Positions 26,641-36,041 of a DNA stretch of 61,870 nt are shown piece by piece; the first letter of the stretch is position 1; each line of letters opens with the position of its first letter. Made by a program: the position numbers and the translations under genes. This DNA comes from a virus (lineage: Duplodnaviria > Caudoviricetes), in IMG/VR virus record IMGVR_UViG_3300042885_000276, positions 1 to 61,870 of that record. One strand, written 5' to 3'. A model generated the notes under the pieces. The model was given only the letters and a program-made list of their open reading frames with translations. It had not been told where the DNA came from and ran no database searches.

Positions 26641-27639
26641 ATGAAAAACTGGTCCACCGCTGTTCATGAAACCCAAGAGATTCGCCACAAGAAGACTGTG
26701 GCCGACTTTGAGAGTGAGCGTAAAAAGCTGCTCAACGTCATTTCAGAAAAGGACAATCAGCTTAATATCGCACTTGGAATCGGTGGCGTGAAGCCTGTTG
26801 CATCCAAGATTAATGCGGTCAGCGATTTTGACTCCGAAGCAACTTTTGTAGCCGTCGCATCAGATTGGCATGTCGAAGAGACGGTTGAAGGAAAAACCAT
26901 CAACAACCTCAACGAGTTCAATCTTGATATTGCTGAACAACGAATCAACCGCTTTTGGAACTCGATTATTCGCATGGCGAAGATTCAACGCCATGGTGCC
27001 AAAATTGATCGCCTCGTACTGATCTTGGGTGGCGATTTAATGACTGGATACATCCACGAGGAACTGTTGGAGAATAACGCTCTGTCTCCAACGCAGACAG
27101 TGTTGTGGCTTCAAGATCAGATCGCCAGTGGGGTTGAATTGCTTTCTAAGCACTTTGGAGAAATTGTGATTCCATGTTGCTACGGGAATCACGGACGCAA
27201 CACTCGCAAGCCACGTCATGCTACAGGCGCTGCCAACAGCTATGAGTGGATGCTTTACAAAACAATGGCAAAGCATCTTGCCAACAAGGCTTCTTGGCAT
27301 GTTTCTGACGGCTACCATTTGCTTCTGGACCTCTATGGCAAAACACTCCGTATTCATCACGGAGACGGCTTGCAATACCAAGGTGGAGTTGGTGGGTTGA
27401 CCATCCCAGTTGAGAAGGCCATTTCCTCGTGGAACAAAGGTGTTCCAGCAGACCTAGACATCTTTGGTCATTGGCATCAAAGCCAGCAAAATCCTAAGTG
27501 GGTATGCAACGGGAGCTTGATTGGCTTCAATGCTTACTCCATCGCTATCAAGGCACCTTACGAGCCACCATCACAGACTGGCTTTATCTTTGACAAGCGA
27601 TACGGAAGAACGGTCACGTTCCCAATCTTTGTCGATTAA
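26641..27639 (+). CDS. Calcineurin-like metallophosphoesterase
   Basis: SDWH, GGD, GNHG, HHGD, GHWH, NGSL. Confidence 0.9.
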   Translation: MKNWSTAVHETQEIRHKKTVADFESERKKLLNVISEKDNQLNIALGIGGVKPVASKINAVSDFDSEATFVAVASDWHVEETVEGKTINNLNEFNLDIAEQRINRFWNSIIRMAKIQRHGAKIDRLVLILGGDLMTGYIHEELLENNALSPTQTVLWLQDQIASGVELLSKHFGEIVIPCCYGNHGRNTRKPRHATGAANSYEWMLYKTMAKHLANKASWHVSDGYHLLLDLYGKTLRIHHGDGLQYQGGVGGLTIPVEKAISSWNKGVPADLDIFGHWHQSQQNPKWVCNGSLIGFNAYSIAIKAPYEPPSQTGFIFDKRYGRTVTFPIFVD

Positions 27640-27659
27640 CAACCATACCACAAAACCAA

Positions 27660-28028
27660 ATGAAATGGCAAAAGGCTATCGACAAGATCAATGCTGAAAA
27701 GTATTGCATTCCACATGGCTGGGATACCAAGGAGCATATTGCCGAAGAGCTTCAATGTTCTCCCGAAAGGGTACATGATATGCTGAAAAACGGTGTCTCA
27801 TCTGGAGCATTTGAGGCGCAAGACTTCCCAGTTTGGGATGCTAAACGTCGCATGACAATTCGCGTTCGTTGTTACCGACAGAAGGAAGAAACCAATGCTG
27901 ATTCTTCACTTGAAGATCGAATCAAGGCTTCACTTGCTCGCAACCCGAATAAAACAAGCTATCAAATCAAAAACAATATTCGTGGGGCCACCATATCAAT
28001 GGTTGATAGCATCCGCCAAAAACAGTGA
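27660..28028 (+). CDS. Hypothetical HTH-like protein
   Basis: GWDTKEHIAEELQCS. Confidence 0.65.
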   Translation: MKWQKAIDKINAEKYCIPHGWDTKEHIAEELQCSPERVHDMLKNGVSSGAFEAQDFPVWDAKRRMTIRVRCYRQKEETNADSSLEDRIKASLARNPNKTSYQIKNNIRGATISMVDSIRQKQ

Positions 28029-28282
28029 AGGTTACTTCAATAACCGTTAAAAAGCGAAAGCTAGGCCGTCACAAGGCTTTAGGTCTTGCTTACGGCAACG
28101 GTAATATTGAGATTGACGAGCGTTTATGCGGGCAGCATCATCTCCGCATTCTCATCCATGAATTCCTCCATGAGTGGGAATGGATTCTGCCAGAGGAAGT
28201 TGTTGATACACTCAGCAGCGATCTGGCTAAATTCCTTCACAAGCACAACACCCGTATGATTGAGGAAGACAAATATCCATGA
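28025..28282 (+). CDS. Small HExxH metallopeptidase-like protein
   Basis: IEIDERL...ILIHEFLH...EEVV. Confidence 0.7.
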   Translation: MKVTSITVKKRKLGRHKALGLAYGNGNIEIDERLCGQHHLRILIHEFLHEWEWILPEEVVDTLSSDLAKFLHKHNTRMIEEDKYP

Positions 28283-28380
28283 TCCAAGATTTCTCTATCG
28301 CGCAAGTTTCTATTCTTGCGATAACCGCCATCTGCCTGCTTGTTTGGGGCATCATCATTGTTAGCTCTCCAAAAGTATGA
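28279..28380 (+). CDS. Single-TM peptide overlapping the endolysin start (holin candidate)
   Basis: Manual translation MIQDFSIAQVSILAITAICLLVWGIIIVSSPKV; ATGA overlaps at both ends. Confidence 0.5.
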   Translation: MIQDFSIAQVSILAITAICLLVWGIIIVSSPKV

Positions 28381-28871
28381 AACTATCAGAAGCACTCGTT
28401 CAAGTAGCACTCAAAGAAGTCGGAGTCACAGAGATCAATGGCACAAATTGCGGACCTCGCGTTGATGAGTACAAGGCGTCTACTTGGCTTAATCCTAAGG
28501 TTGGTTGGCCGTGGTGTGCAGCTTACGTTTGTTGGTGCTTCCGTGAGGCTCTGGCGCTAGCTGGAATCAAGGAAACCAAGACATTTAAGCGTCCAAGGAC
28601 AGCTGGAGCATGGGACTTCGAGAATTGGAGTCGTGAACAAGACGAATCAACACACACGAAGAAGCCGCATAAAGGCGACATTCAGGCTGGTGATATTTTG
28701 ATTTTTACATTCAGCCACATTGGAATTGCTCTCTCATCTCCTGACAAAAATGGCAACATCAAAAGTATTGAGGGGAATACAGATGGTGCTGGAAGCCGTG
28801 AAGGTGGCGCTGTTCTCAAAAAGACTCGCCACATCTCAAAGATTCGCAGTCGAATCCGCATCATGGTATGA
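28377..28871 (+). CDS. CHAP-domain endolysin
   Basis: PWCAAYV...GDILIF..SHIGI...SIEGNT. Confidence 0.85.
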   Translation: MKLSEALVQVALKEVGVTEINGTNCGPRVDEYKASTWLNPKVGWPWCAAYVCWCFREALALAGIKETKTFKRPRTAGAWDFENWSREQDESTHTKKPHKGDIQAGDILIFTFSHIGIALSSPDKNGNIKSIEGNTDGAGSREGGAVLKKTRHISKIRSRIRIMV

Positions 28872-29062
28872 CCGACTTTGAAGTCATCAAAAACCAGTTT
28901 GAGTCACGCGCTAAGTGCCGTCATGGCAACTCGCCCAAGATCAATCACGACGGCTGCACCTGGATTGAATGCAAGCCAGAAGGCTGCAAGTGCATGATGG
29001 CAGATGGAGATGGCATTCCACTTAGCCGTTTTCTAGCTGAGTGGGTAGAGAAGTTTGGTTAA
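28868..29062 (+). CDS. Small Cys-containing hypothetical protein
   Basis: 64 aa, ATGA overlap. Confidence 0.55.
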   Translation: MTDFEVIKNQFESRAKCRHGNSPKINHDGCTWIECKPEGCKCMMADGDGIPLSRFLAEWVEKFG

Positions 29063-29290
29063 TCACTCCAGACCTTCGTGCTTCCCAAGATATTTCGGTT
29101 TGTAGGAAGGAGTTATTTTCGCTGTCATGCAGACGCCATTCTGCCCCTTAAAGAACTGAATCTCATAGTTTGAACAAAGCCCGTGTTCAATATTTCGCCT
29201 GATCAAAGGAGCGGCAAACTCTGGCTCAAATACAGTCGCTTGCAGCATCGTCAGCGCATCTTCAATAGTCTCAACTTCATGGTTTATCAT
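29063..29290 (-). CDS. Hypothetical protein
   Basis: 75-aa ORF. Confidence 0.55.
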   Translation of the reverse strand: MINHEVETIEDALTMLQATVFEPEFAAPLIRRNIEHGLCSNYEIQFFKGQNGVCMTAKITPSYKPKYLGKHEGLE

Positions 29291-29327
29291 ATTTCAGATA
29301 TGACATCGTAAATTGACTTATCGCAAG

Positions 29328-29537
29328 TCACTTCTGCAACCGCTGCCCAAAGACCGGTCTTGGCTTTCTAAAGACCACCTGCTTTACCTCAATCTTTGGT
29401 TGAGGTATATCGTGATGAACCCTGCGAGTTGCGTTCCAAGCGTGGAATTGGCTGGATGTCATCACGTCTTTGCTGCATAGACAACAACCTTGCCACAGAG
29501 ATCGCCCGTTTTTATAACAAGTTTGGCAGATGTTCAT
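29328..29537 (-). CDS. Small CxxC protein
   Basis: CQTC...CCLC. Confidence 0.55.
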   Translation of the reverse strand: MNICQTCYKNGRSLWQGCCLCSKDVMTSSQFHAWNATRRVHHDIPQPKIEVKQVVFRKPRPVFGQRLQK

Positions 29538-29588
29538 AGATCATATAATATTGAAACTTACCAGTTCTGAACTACCCATTCAACAGAT

Positions 29589-31397
29589 ATGAAGCAGAAG
29601 CCCCAAAAATCTCGCGTCGTCCAACTAACGCGAGGACCAATCGAGACGTATGGCATCAAGTTTGATCATCAATTTGGCAATCAACTGGATGTCGAGTTGA
29701 TCTTCCTCAAGTGTCCAACGGGTTCGTTATTCGGTTGGAAGGGCGATAAAAACCCACAAGGAAAGCCTGCGTGGATTCATTTCGTCAACGCGGTGAACCT
29801 CATCTGGAACTACCCAGGAAGTAGGACTCCTTTCATGTGGCACCCTTGGGCGATCAAGATGGCAAAAGCCGCATTTGAGAATAAGCGTCTAGCGATCTCG
29901 TCTGGTGGTTCTGGCGGCAAGACTGGTTTGTTCGCTGTTTACTGTCTCGTTTGGTGGTTGGCAAATCCATACAAGAACGTCGTTCTCGTCAACACCACGA
30001 CCATCAAGGACTCGATGGGGCGTATTTGGGGCCAGATTACTCGTTACTTCAATGGCATGGCTGGAGCACCTCCTGGAAAGCTGGTAGAATCCTCGCACTG
30101 TATCAAGTCTATGGACTTAAATACCGGCGTTGTAATGGATGAGTACGGCATCCGTTTGTTTCCAGGTGAGCAAAGCAAAGCCGCTGAATCATCACGCGCC
30201 ATTCGAGGTCAGAAGCATGGCCCCGGCGGTAAGCTCATCGTTGTTCTGGACGAGTGCGCTGAACTTTCGCCATCCATCATCAATACGTTCGAGGAAAACT
30301 TGACGCAGAATCCGAATGTCCAGCTTATCGCGCTAGCCAACGCCAATTCGCCATTCGATACCTTTGGGCAGCTTTGTGAGCCTATTCCTGGAGGGTGGGA
30401 CAGCTACAACCCAGATTGGGATGAGTGGAAAGGAAAAGGCGCTCACGTCATCCGCATCAATAACGAAACATCACCAAACATCATTGAGGGAAAGGTGATC
30501 TACCCTTTCTTGATGACTCGTGAGATGTTGGAAGAAAAGCGAGAGAAGCTAGGTCAGCATACAAGAGCTTACTGGCGAGGTGTTCTTGGTGCGTTCTTGC
30601 TTGATGGAGACGATGACAATATTTATTCGGCATCTGAAGTTCTTCAAATACCGCCAGATTGTGTATGGCAGGGAATACCAACCAAGGTTGCTGGATTTGA
30701 TATTGCTCACACAGTAGGTGGAGATAAATCAGTTTTGATGATTGGCAGTATCGGTGTTTGTACTGATGGCAAGAAACGTCTTAAGTTTGAAAAATCGTAT
30801 TATTTAAACGAAGACTTATCTAAAAAAGACATTGATAGAACGACGCAAATGGTATCTCAATTAAAGGACATTTGCCAGAAGGAGGGAGTTAAAATTGAAA
30901 ACTTGGCAATAGATAGTTCAGCCGGTGGTGGAAAGACATTCTCTGACGCAATTTGGTCACAGTGGTCTAATGGCTTTTTGAGAGTGGACTTTGGTGGAAG
31001 ACCAAGTGATAGACCTGTTTCATCTGCCGACAGGGAGAAATCTAGCGTGAGATTTCATAACAAAGTGTCCGAAATTTGGGGGATCGGTAAAGAACTTCTT
31101 CGATGCGACCAATTGCGATGTATCCCAAAAGGAATGGCCGAAGACATGACGGCTAGAAAGTACAAGGACAATAAAGCGCAAGATGGTGGATCAAAGATTC
31201 GAGTTGAGTCAAAGATTGAAATGAAGCGCAGAACAGGCAAGTCTCCAGACGAAGGCGACTCTGGCTTTATTTTGATCGACTTGTGCCGAGAGAGGCATGG
31301 CTTATCTGGTTTGGATAAGCCTGGAAATCACACACCCGGCAAACCGAATCCATTGCAGAAGAGATTCAAGCAGTTGGCTGGCTTGTGGGCTGCTTAA
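29589..31397 (+). CDS. terL: Terminase large subunit
   Basis: Walker A SSGGSGGKT, Walker B IVVLDE, motif III LANA, nuclease GFDIA..GGD, AIDS, KSPDEGD. Confidence 0.9.
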   Translation: MKQKPQKSRVVQLTRGPIETYGIKFDHQFGNQLDVELIFLKCPTGSLFGWKGDKNPQGKPAWIHFVNAVNLIWNYPGSRTPFMWHPWAIKMAKAAFENKRLAISSGGSGGKTGLFAVYCLVWWLANPYKNVVLVNTTTIKDSMGRIWGQITRYFNGMAGAPPGKLVESSHCIKSMDLNTGVVMDEYGIRLFPGEQSKAAESSRAIRGQKHGPGGKLIVVLDECAELSPSIINTFEENLTQNPNVQLIALANANSPFDTFGQLCEPIPGGWDSYNPDWDEWKGKGAHVIRINNETSPNIIEGKVIYPFLMTREMLEEKREKLGQHTRAYWRGVLGAFLLDGDDDNIYSASEVLQIPPDCVWQGIPTKVAGFDIAHTVGGDKSVLMIGSIGVCTDGKKRLKFEKSYYLNEDLSKKDIDRTTQMVSQLKDICQKEGVKIENLAIDSSAGGGKTFSDAIWSQWSNGFLRVDFGGRPSDRPVSSADREKSSVRFHNKVSEIWGIGKELLRCDQLRCIPKGMAEDMTARKYKDNKAQDGGSKIRVESKIEMKRRTGKSPDEGDSGFILIDLCRERHGLSGLDKPGNHTPGKPNPLQKRFKQLAGLWAA

Positions 31398-31469
31398 TGT
31401 CCAAAAGCCTCAAGCGTGTGCCTGAATGGATTGCCTCGATCAATTCTGTTTTGTTGTTCATTTTTTTAA

Positions 31470-31727
31470 TCAAAATCCGTTCACTTTTGGCATCAGCAAA
31501 ACCTCTATCGCTTCTTCTCCAATAAGCTGATCAAGAGTTACTTTATACATCCTTGCTATTTTTAATGCGGCATCAACAGTCAGTTCAAAGCAGTCTTTTT
31601 CTAGCTGCGAACACCAACTGGAAGCACGTCCCATGTGCTCATTCACTGCCTGCTGACTCAAACAGTTGATCTCTCGGAGGATACGATAGCGTTGACCTTG
31701 CGTAGTTTTTACTTGTATTGGTTTCAT
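31470..31727 (-). CDS. XRE-family HTH regulator
   Basis: LSQQAV...SQLEK...LKIARMYKVTLDQLI. Confidence 0.8.
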   Translation of the reverse strand: MKPIQVKTTQGQRYRILREINCLSQQAVNEHMGRASSWCSQLEKDCFELTVDAALKIARMYKVTLDQLIGEEAIEVLLMPKVNGF

Positions 31728-31739
31728 ATATGGTCACCA

Positions 31740-31768
31740 ATCTTATCACGTTATTTAACGAGATGCAA
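31740..31768 (-). promoter_or_regulatory. Sigma70-like promoter
   Basis: Minus strand TTGCAT-N17-TAAGAT, 12 nt before ATG 31727. Confidence 0.55.
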
Positions 31769-31946
31769 ATTATTTCGCTTTTACGACTTCAACTTTAACG
31801 AATGGAAGCATGAGGACGCTGATGGTCTTATTCTTCCCAAGTGCGAATGAGTGCGTCACCGCCTTGAATATAGACTTCTTGAGCATCATGACGCCGTGAT
31901 AGCGAAAGATTGAACCGTTGGTGAGTCGATAGTAGCGGATCATCAT

Positions 31947-32171
31947 TTATTCAGTTGGGATACATGGCTTTTTCCATTGGGCTTTTGGCAATCCTGATGG
32001 CCTTCGACCTTTGCAGGCAATCAGTTCAGCATAAAGAGCCTCGCTGATTTCTATTCCGATAAGGCGCTGCATCCAGCCCTTTGTTTGGCGTATTCTCAGT
32101 GTTGCTAGCTGGCGTGAATTTGGCGATCCACAGTTAAAAAGGGCTTCAATGGTTTTCTTGGTCAGGATCAT
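31947..32171 (-). CDS. Small hypothetical protein (MILTKK...QLATL...KGWMQRLIG)
   Basis: Likely ATG at 32171 rather than the TTG at 32300. Confidence 0.6.
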   Translation of the reverse strand: MILTKKTIEALFNCGSPNSRQLATLRIRQTKGWMQRLIGIEISEALYAELIACKGRRPSGLPKAQWKKPCIPTE

Positions 32172-32179
32172 AACGGGAT

Positions 32180-32545
32180 TGGCTTCAGTCTCAGTTGGGA
32201 ATCCTCTCTCAGGCACAACCCCTCCCACCTCCCCATGCACAAAGCAATGGTTAGGTATGGGAGGGCAACCCGGCAGTCTTGTTTTAATTCGCACCGCCAA
32301 CTCTGATGATTACTCATTTTGAGCTAGACCCCCACGAAATCCCCCGTTTTGGCGCTACGGGGAGCACATGACGTTCTCACGGCCTGCATGTCGAGCGTTT
32401 CATTCCTCTCGGTTTGAGTAGCCTCTTTTGCTGAGTAGGCTAAAAATCAGAACATGAAAAAGCCCGAACTCCGGGGTGCAGGCGGAAATTCGGGCTTTTG
32501 CTTCGGATTACCGTGGATTGCTCCAGTTGCACCCGAAGCCAGCTT
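32180..32545 (-). ncRNA. Candidate long structured non-coding RNA with attenuator-like 5' part
   Basis: At least seven hairpins in ~360 nt; terminator-like stem 32458-32499 whose loop TGCACCC complements upstream GGGTGCA. Confidence 0.45.
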
Positions 32546-32560
32546 TTTCAAGCTGTGATA

Positions 32561-32601
32561 ACCATAATCCCACTTGCGCCATTCCGTCAAGCGGATATGG
32601 T
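32561..32601. promoter_or_regulatory. Overlapping divergent promoters
   Basis: Plus TTGCGC-N16-TATGGT (7 nt before ATG 32609); minus TTGACG-N18-TATGGT. Confidence 0.45.
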
Positions 32602-32608
32602 AAAAAAT

Positions 32609-33358
32609 ATGCAAGACGTTTATCTTTATCGAAAGGACCGCCGCTGGCAGAAAGCCTCCAAAGTCATTGAGGTGACGATGACCAGCAATCAGACTGCCTA
32701 TGCTGGCATCACTGGTGTTGCTTCAACCAACATTGTTACGGTTACCGGAGCGACCTTGGCTGACGGGCAAATCCTCACGTTGAGCGCCAAAACAGGCGGA
32801 AGCGGCCTCTCTCTTGGAGTCGGCTACTACATTATCAATGCTAGTGGAGCGGCTGGACAGCTTTCACTCACTCCAGGAGGCTCAGTTGTTGCACTCGGCA
32901 CCAACATTACCGCACCTTCATCTGGCATTGTCAGCCAGCCTGAGCTTAGCGTGTGGTCGTCTGAGTATCGGGATACGTTTAATTACTCAAATGGATTGCT
33001 TCAACAAGCATCAACATACAATAGCGGCGGACCATCTCCAGAAGATGTAACCACTAACACAAGGCCAGCTAACATTAGTAATTCTGAAGGCATTACTTTG
33101 ATTCCAAAAGGACCAGTAACGATTGCTCAGAGTGAATCAACATTTCGTGGCACGATCACCAACACTGGACCTTTTCAAAGCGTTGCTGGATTTGATGTTT
33201 CTATAACAGATGAAATGGCCCACGCCCCACTCCGTCAAACATTCCTAAAGAAGTCATTCTGGAAATTCGACCGAGGTGGAAGTATTGCCCCGCGATACCT
33301 TTATGCTGAGTATATGCAAGGAGATCAAATTCTGGATAACCCTCCCGAAACCCTCTAA
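32609..33358 (+). CDS. Probable virion/tail protein
   Basis: G/T/S-rich beta protein; GLSLGVGYYII...LSLTPGG module. Confidence 0.6.
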   Translation: MQDVYLYRKDRRWQKASKVIEVTMTSNQTAYAGITGVASTNIVTVTGATLADGQILTLSAKTGGSGLSLGVGYYIINASGAAGQLSLTPGGSVVALGTNITAPSSGIVSQPELSVWSSEYRDTFNYSNGLLQQASTYNSGGPSPEDVTTNTRPANISNSEGITLIPKGPVTIAQSESTFRGTITNTGPFQSVAGFDVSITDEMAHAPLRQTFLKKSFWKFDRGGSIAPRYLYAEYMQGDQILDNPPETL

Positions 33359-34206
33359 TGGCTAGCAATTTCCAACTGTTACCGACTCCGCATGAAGAGG
33401 AGTTCATGTTCTCTGTGCGAGTGCCACAGGACTACATTGGTCCTGAATTGGTGTTTCCAGATGGCTCGACGTTGATTTCTGCCCAAAGCGCATCGCTTAT
33501 TGGTGCGCGTCCAACTTCATTTAATCAGTGTGGCTGGACGGTGGGACGTGAGATGCTTTCAAAGTTCCCAGCCTACGGTAACTATGTTTACCTGAAGTCT
33601 GATAAGCAGAGAGATCCAGATTACATCACATTATTTTTTGGCAGGCCGAGAACTCCGGCACAGCGCAGGGTGCCGTTCAACAGCTACTATGATACAAGGC
33701 AATACACTTGGCCTTCTGTGCTTGAAGACCTGTTTGCAGCTAAAGCAGTTGGATTCCCGCAAGTGGTCAACAATGGAGCAAATACAGAGACGGCTGACAG
33801 GCTTATGCCAAGGTATCGTTACCGTCCTGGCATCTCGTATAATAGCACCATCTTGGTTGAGCAGTTTTTGTCAGATGTGGCTTATTCCGCTGGTGAATTG
33901 ACGCACATTCAGCCTGTTCCAACAGATGTTGATGGCAATTACATTGGTTTGAGCATGAGATTCGAGAGGTGCTTGCATCCAACTTGCGTGTTTCCGAAGG
34001 TTCAGCCAGAGACGCCAGTTTTTGGCGTTGGCATATATCCGGCACCACTAAATCGAAATTCTTCCGTGCAGATTTTCCCAGCTACAAACTTCCTAGATTG
34101 GGCACCGTTCATCATTGAGGACCGCCAACAGAACACTAACGGTCTTTGGTTGAGAGAACGAATCACGATCTATCCTCCATCACCTCCAGACGAGGTTATT
34201 CAATGA
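33358..34206 (+). CDS. Probable virion/tail protein
   Basis: 282 aa, translationally coupled within the structural operon. Confidence 0.6.
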   Translation: MASNFQLLPTPHEEEFMFSVRVPQDYIGPELVFPDGSTLISAQSASLIGARPTSFNQCGWTVGREMLSKFPAYGNYVYLKSDKQRDPDYITLFFGRPRTPAQRRVPFNSYYDTRQYTWPSVLEDLFAAKAVGFPQVVNNGANTETADRLMPRYRYRPGISYNSTILVEQFLSDVAYSAGELTHIQPVPTDVDGNYIGLSMRFERCLHPTCVFPKVQPETPVFGVGIYPAPLNRNSSVQIFPATNFLDWAPFIIEDRQQNTNGLWLRERITIYPPSPPDEVIQ

Positions 34207-34793
34207 TTAATACTGGCAACGGAGACTTTGCACCTGAGAACAGCCCATTTGCTCAACGAAATTGGGCATGGGGAATGTCTGGCATTAGCGCAAATGTGAG
34301 CCGCGACGGAAGCTCTACGGTGATTGCAAATCTGCCAAGGTCGAATGTGCAGATGGAGAGCATCAATAACTCCGGTCCACCATTTGCAGCTGGATCAAAT
34401 ATTCAAGTCACTGGAACTTTTGTTGGAGGGGTATTTACTGGCAGTGTTCTTTTTGTTGGACCAGGAACTCCACCCACAACATCAACGACGACAACTCCGC
34501 CACCAACAACATCATCAACGACGACGAGCAGCAGCACAACAACAAGCAGCAGCACCACGACAAGTAGTACCACAACCAGTACCAGCAGCACCACTACAAG
34601 TAGCAGCACTACTTCGTCCACAACGACTAGTTCATCAACTACCACTTCTTCTACAACGACTACACCGCCTCCAACCACTTCTTCTACAACTACAACTAGC
34701 ACGACGACAACGACCACGCCTGCGCCAACCACTTCATCAACTTCATCAACTTCATCAACAACTACAAGCACAACCACTACAGCACCGCCATAA
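34203..34793 (+). CDS. Mucin-like protein with a 108-residue Thr/Ser/Pro C-terminal tract
   Basis: ATGA-coupled; 34467-34790 encodes only T/S/P plus two A using mixed codons. Confidence 0.85.
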   Translation: MINTGNGDFAPENSPFAQRNWAWGMSGISANVSRDGSSTVIANLPRSNVQMESINNSGPPFAAGSNIQVTGTFVGGVFTGSVLFVGPGTPPTTSTTTTPPPTTSSTTTSSSTTTSSSTTTSSTTTSTSSTTTSSSTTSSTTTSSSTTTSSTTTTPPPTTSSTTTTSTTTTTTPAPTTSSTSSTSSTTTSTTTTAPP

Positions 34794-34796
34794 TTC

Positions 34797-35375
34797 ATGC
34801 TTACAATACCAGAGGCCAGACCGTATGATGAGCGAAGTGCTGATGCAATGCCTTGGCACACAACTCTGCTTGGAAACTACATGCAGCACAATTTCTGGAT
34901 GTATGCAATTATTGAAAGAGTGATGCTAGCAAATCCACAAATTCAATCCGTTATTGAAATTGGAACTGGCTCTGGGTGCGTAACTACAATTTTTGGTCTA
35001 TGGGGAATTCATCGTGGAATACCCGTTGTTAGCATTGATCATGTGCATCGTCATCACGATCATATTCTCAAAACACTTGGTGTGGAGTTTTTGCAAATTG
35101 ACGAAGAGCTTCCATCCACTCAAGATACAATCCTGAATCGAATTGGAGACAAGCCAACATGGTTGTTTTGCGATGGTGGATGCAAAAGTAGAGAGTTAAA
35201 GCAATTTGCTCCACTGCTTCCAAGCGGTTCTATTATTTCAGCCCATGATCTAGGAACTGAATTCCGTCATCATATTGATGCTAAAAAATTGTGCGACGAT
35301 GGAATCATTCAACCATACAAACCTGAATGGTGGATGGAATTCAACGTGCAATTAGCACTGTATATCAAGTCATGA
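34797..35375 (+). CDS. SAM-dependent O-methyltransferase-like (CmcI/Methyltransf_24-type)
   Basis: VIEIGTGSG, VVSID, LFCDGG, ISAHD. Confidence 0.75.
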   Translation: MLTIPEARPYDERSADAMPWHTTLLGNYMQHNFWMYAIIERVMLANPQIQSVIEIGTGSGCVTTIFGLWGIHRGIPVVSIDHVHRHHDHILKTLGVEFLQIDEELPSTQDTILNRIGDKPTWLFCDGGCKSRELKQFAPLLPSGSIISAHDLGTEFRHHIDAKKLCDDGIIQPYKPEWWMEFNVQLALYIKS

Positions 35376-36031
35376 TTGATAGCGTGCTCTACGTTGGAAG
35401 TGGTCTATCAGCACTCCAAGCAAATGAGTACAGGAGTAAGGTAGATGTTTGCTGTTCGGTAAACAACGCATGGCGTGCATTAATGCCAACTGGTTCTGAT
35501 TATTGGATTTATCCAGGAGACTTCCCGCCTGAAAATTTTCCACCAAATGAATTTAAGCACCAGAGGATCAGTTACGATGATTTTCAAAACTCAGCAGAAC
35601 GAGTTTTTGCCAGATTAGGCCAAAAACATATCTTACCTCAACATAAAGCTGGATACACTATATTCTTCCAAGGGCTGTATTGGATATTTGATAATTTGAA
35701 GCCAAAGAGGATTTACACCATTGGATTCGACCATGATTACTCGGCTGAAAAAGTGCGTAAATGGATTGAGCACAAATGTCCAGCGCCTAATAATAAGTTC
35801 AATGGAGAGTCTCCAGCATCTGTAAAAGATTGGTCCGACAACTTTTTTAGCAATTGCCCAGAGGATTCAATCTACGGTCATGGAACACCCGATCCATTAA
35901 GGCTTGGCGTTGATGAGCTTACTGAATTTTTTAATCGCGCATTGGAGTGCTCGTCGCAACTTGGCATTGCATTATTTAATGCGTCAGGTATAATTAATGG
36001 TCTAAATAATTTCCCTCAAGGGAAACCATAA
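35372..36031 (+). CDS. Maf/DUF115/sialyltransferase-like glycosyltransferase
   Basis: VLYVGSGLSA, SVNNAW, IYTIGFD, LFNAS. Confidence 0.6.
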   Translation: MIDSVLYVGSGLSALQANEYRSKVDVCCSVNNAWRALMPTGSDYWIYPGDFPPENFPPNEFKHQRISYDDFQNSAERVFARLGQKHILPQHKAGYTIFFQGLYWIFDNLKPKRIYTIGFDHDYSAEKVRKWIEHKCPAPNNKFNGESPASVKDWSDNFFSNCPEDSIYGHGTPDPLRLGVDELTEFFNRALECSSQLGIALFNASGIINGLNNFPQGKP

Positions 36032-36041
36032 ATATGAAACT

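Noticed and set aside
32302-32365. CTGATGA...GAAA on the plus strand as a possible second hammerhead
   Set aside because: Stem II does not close next to the core, and no UH cleavage site follows the stem III candidate
34467-34790. Possible CRISPR array or microsatellite
   Set aside because: No constant repeat with unique spacers; it is a coding low-complexity tract. No CRISPR array or cas gene was seen anywhere in the window
34324-34923. Gln/Leu-rich +1-frame ORF and poly-Val antisense ORF over the mucin tract
   Set aside because: By-products of ACN/TCN/AGY codons; only the T/S frame is coupled to neighbours and shows third-position variation
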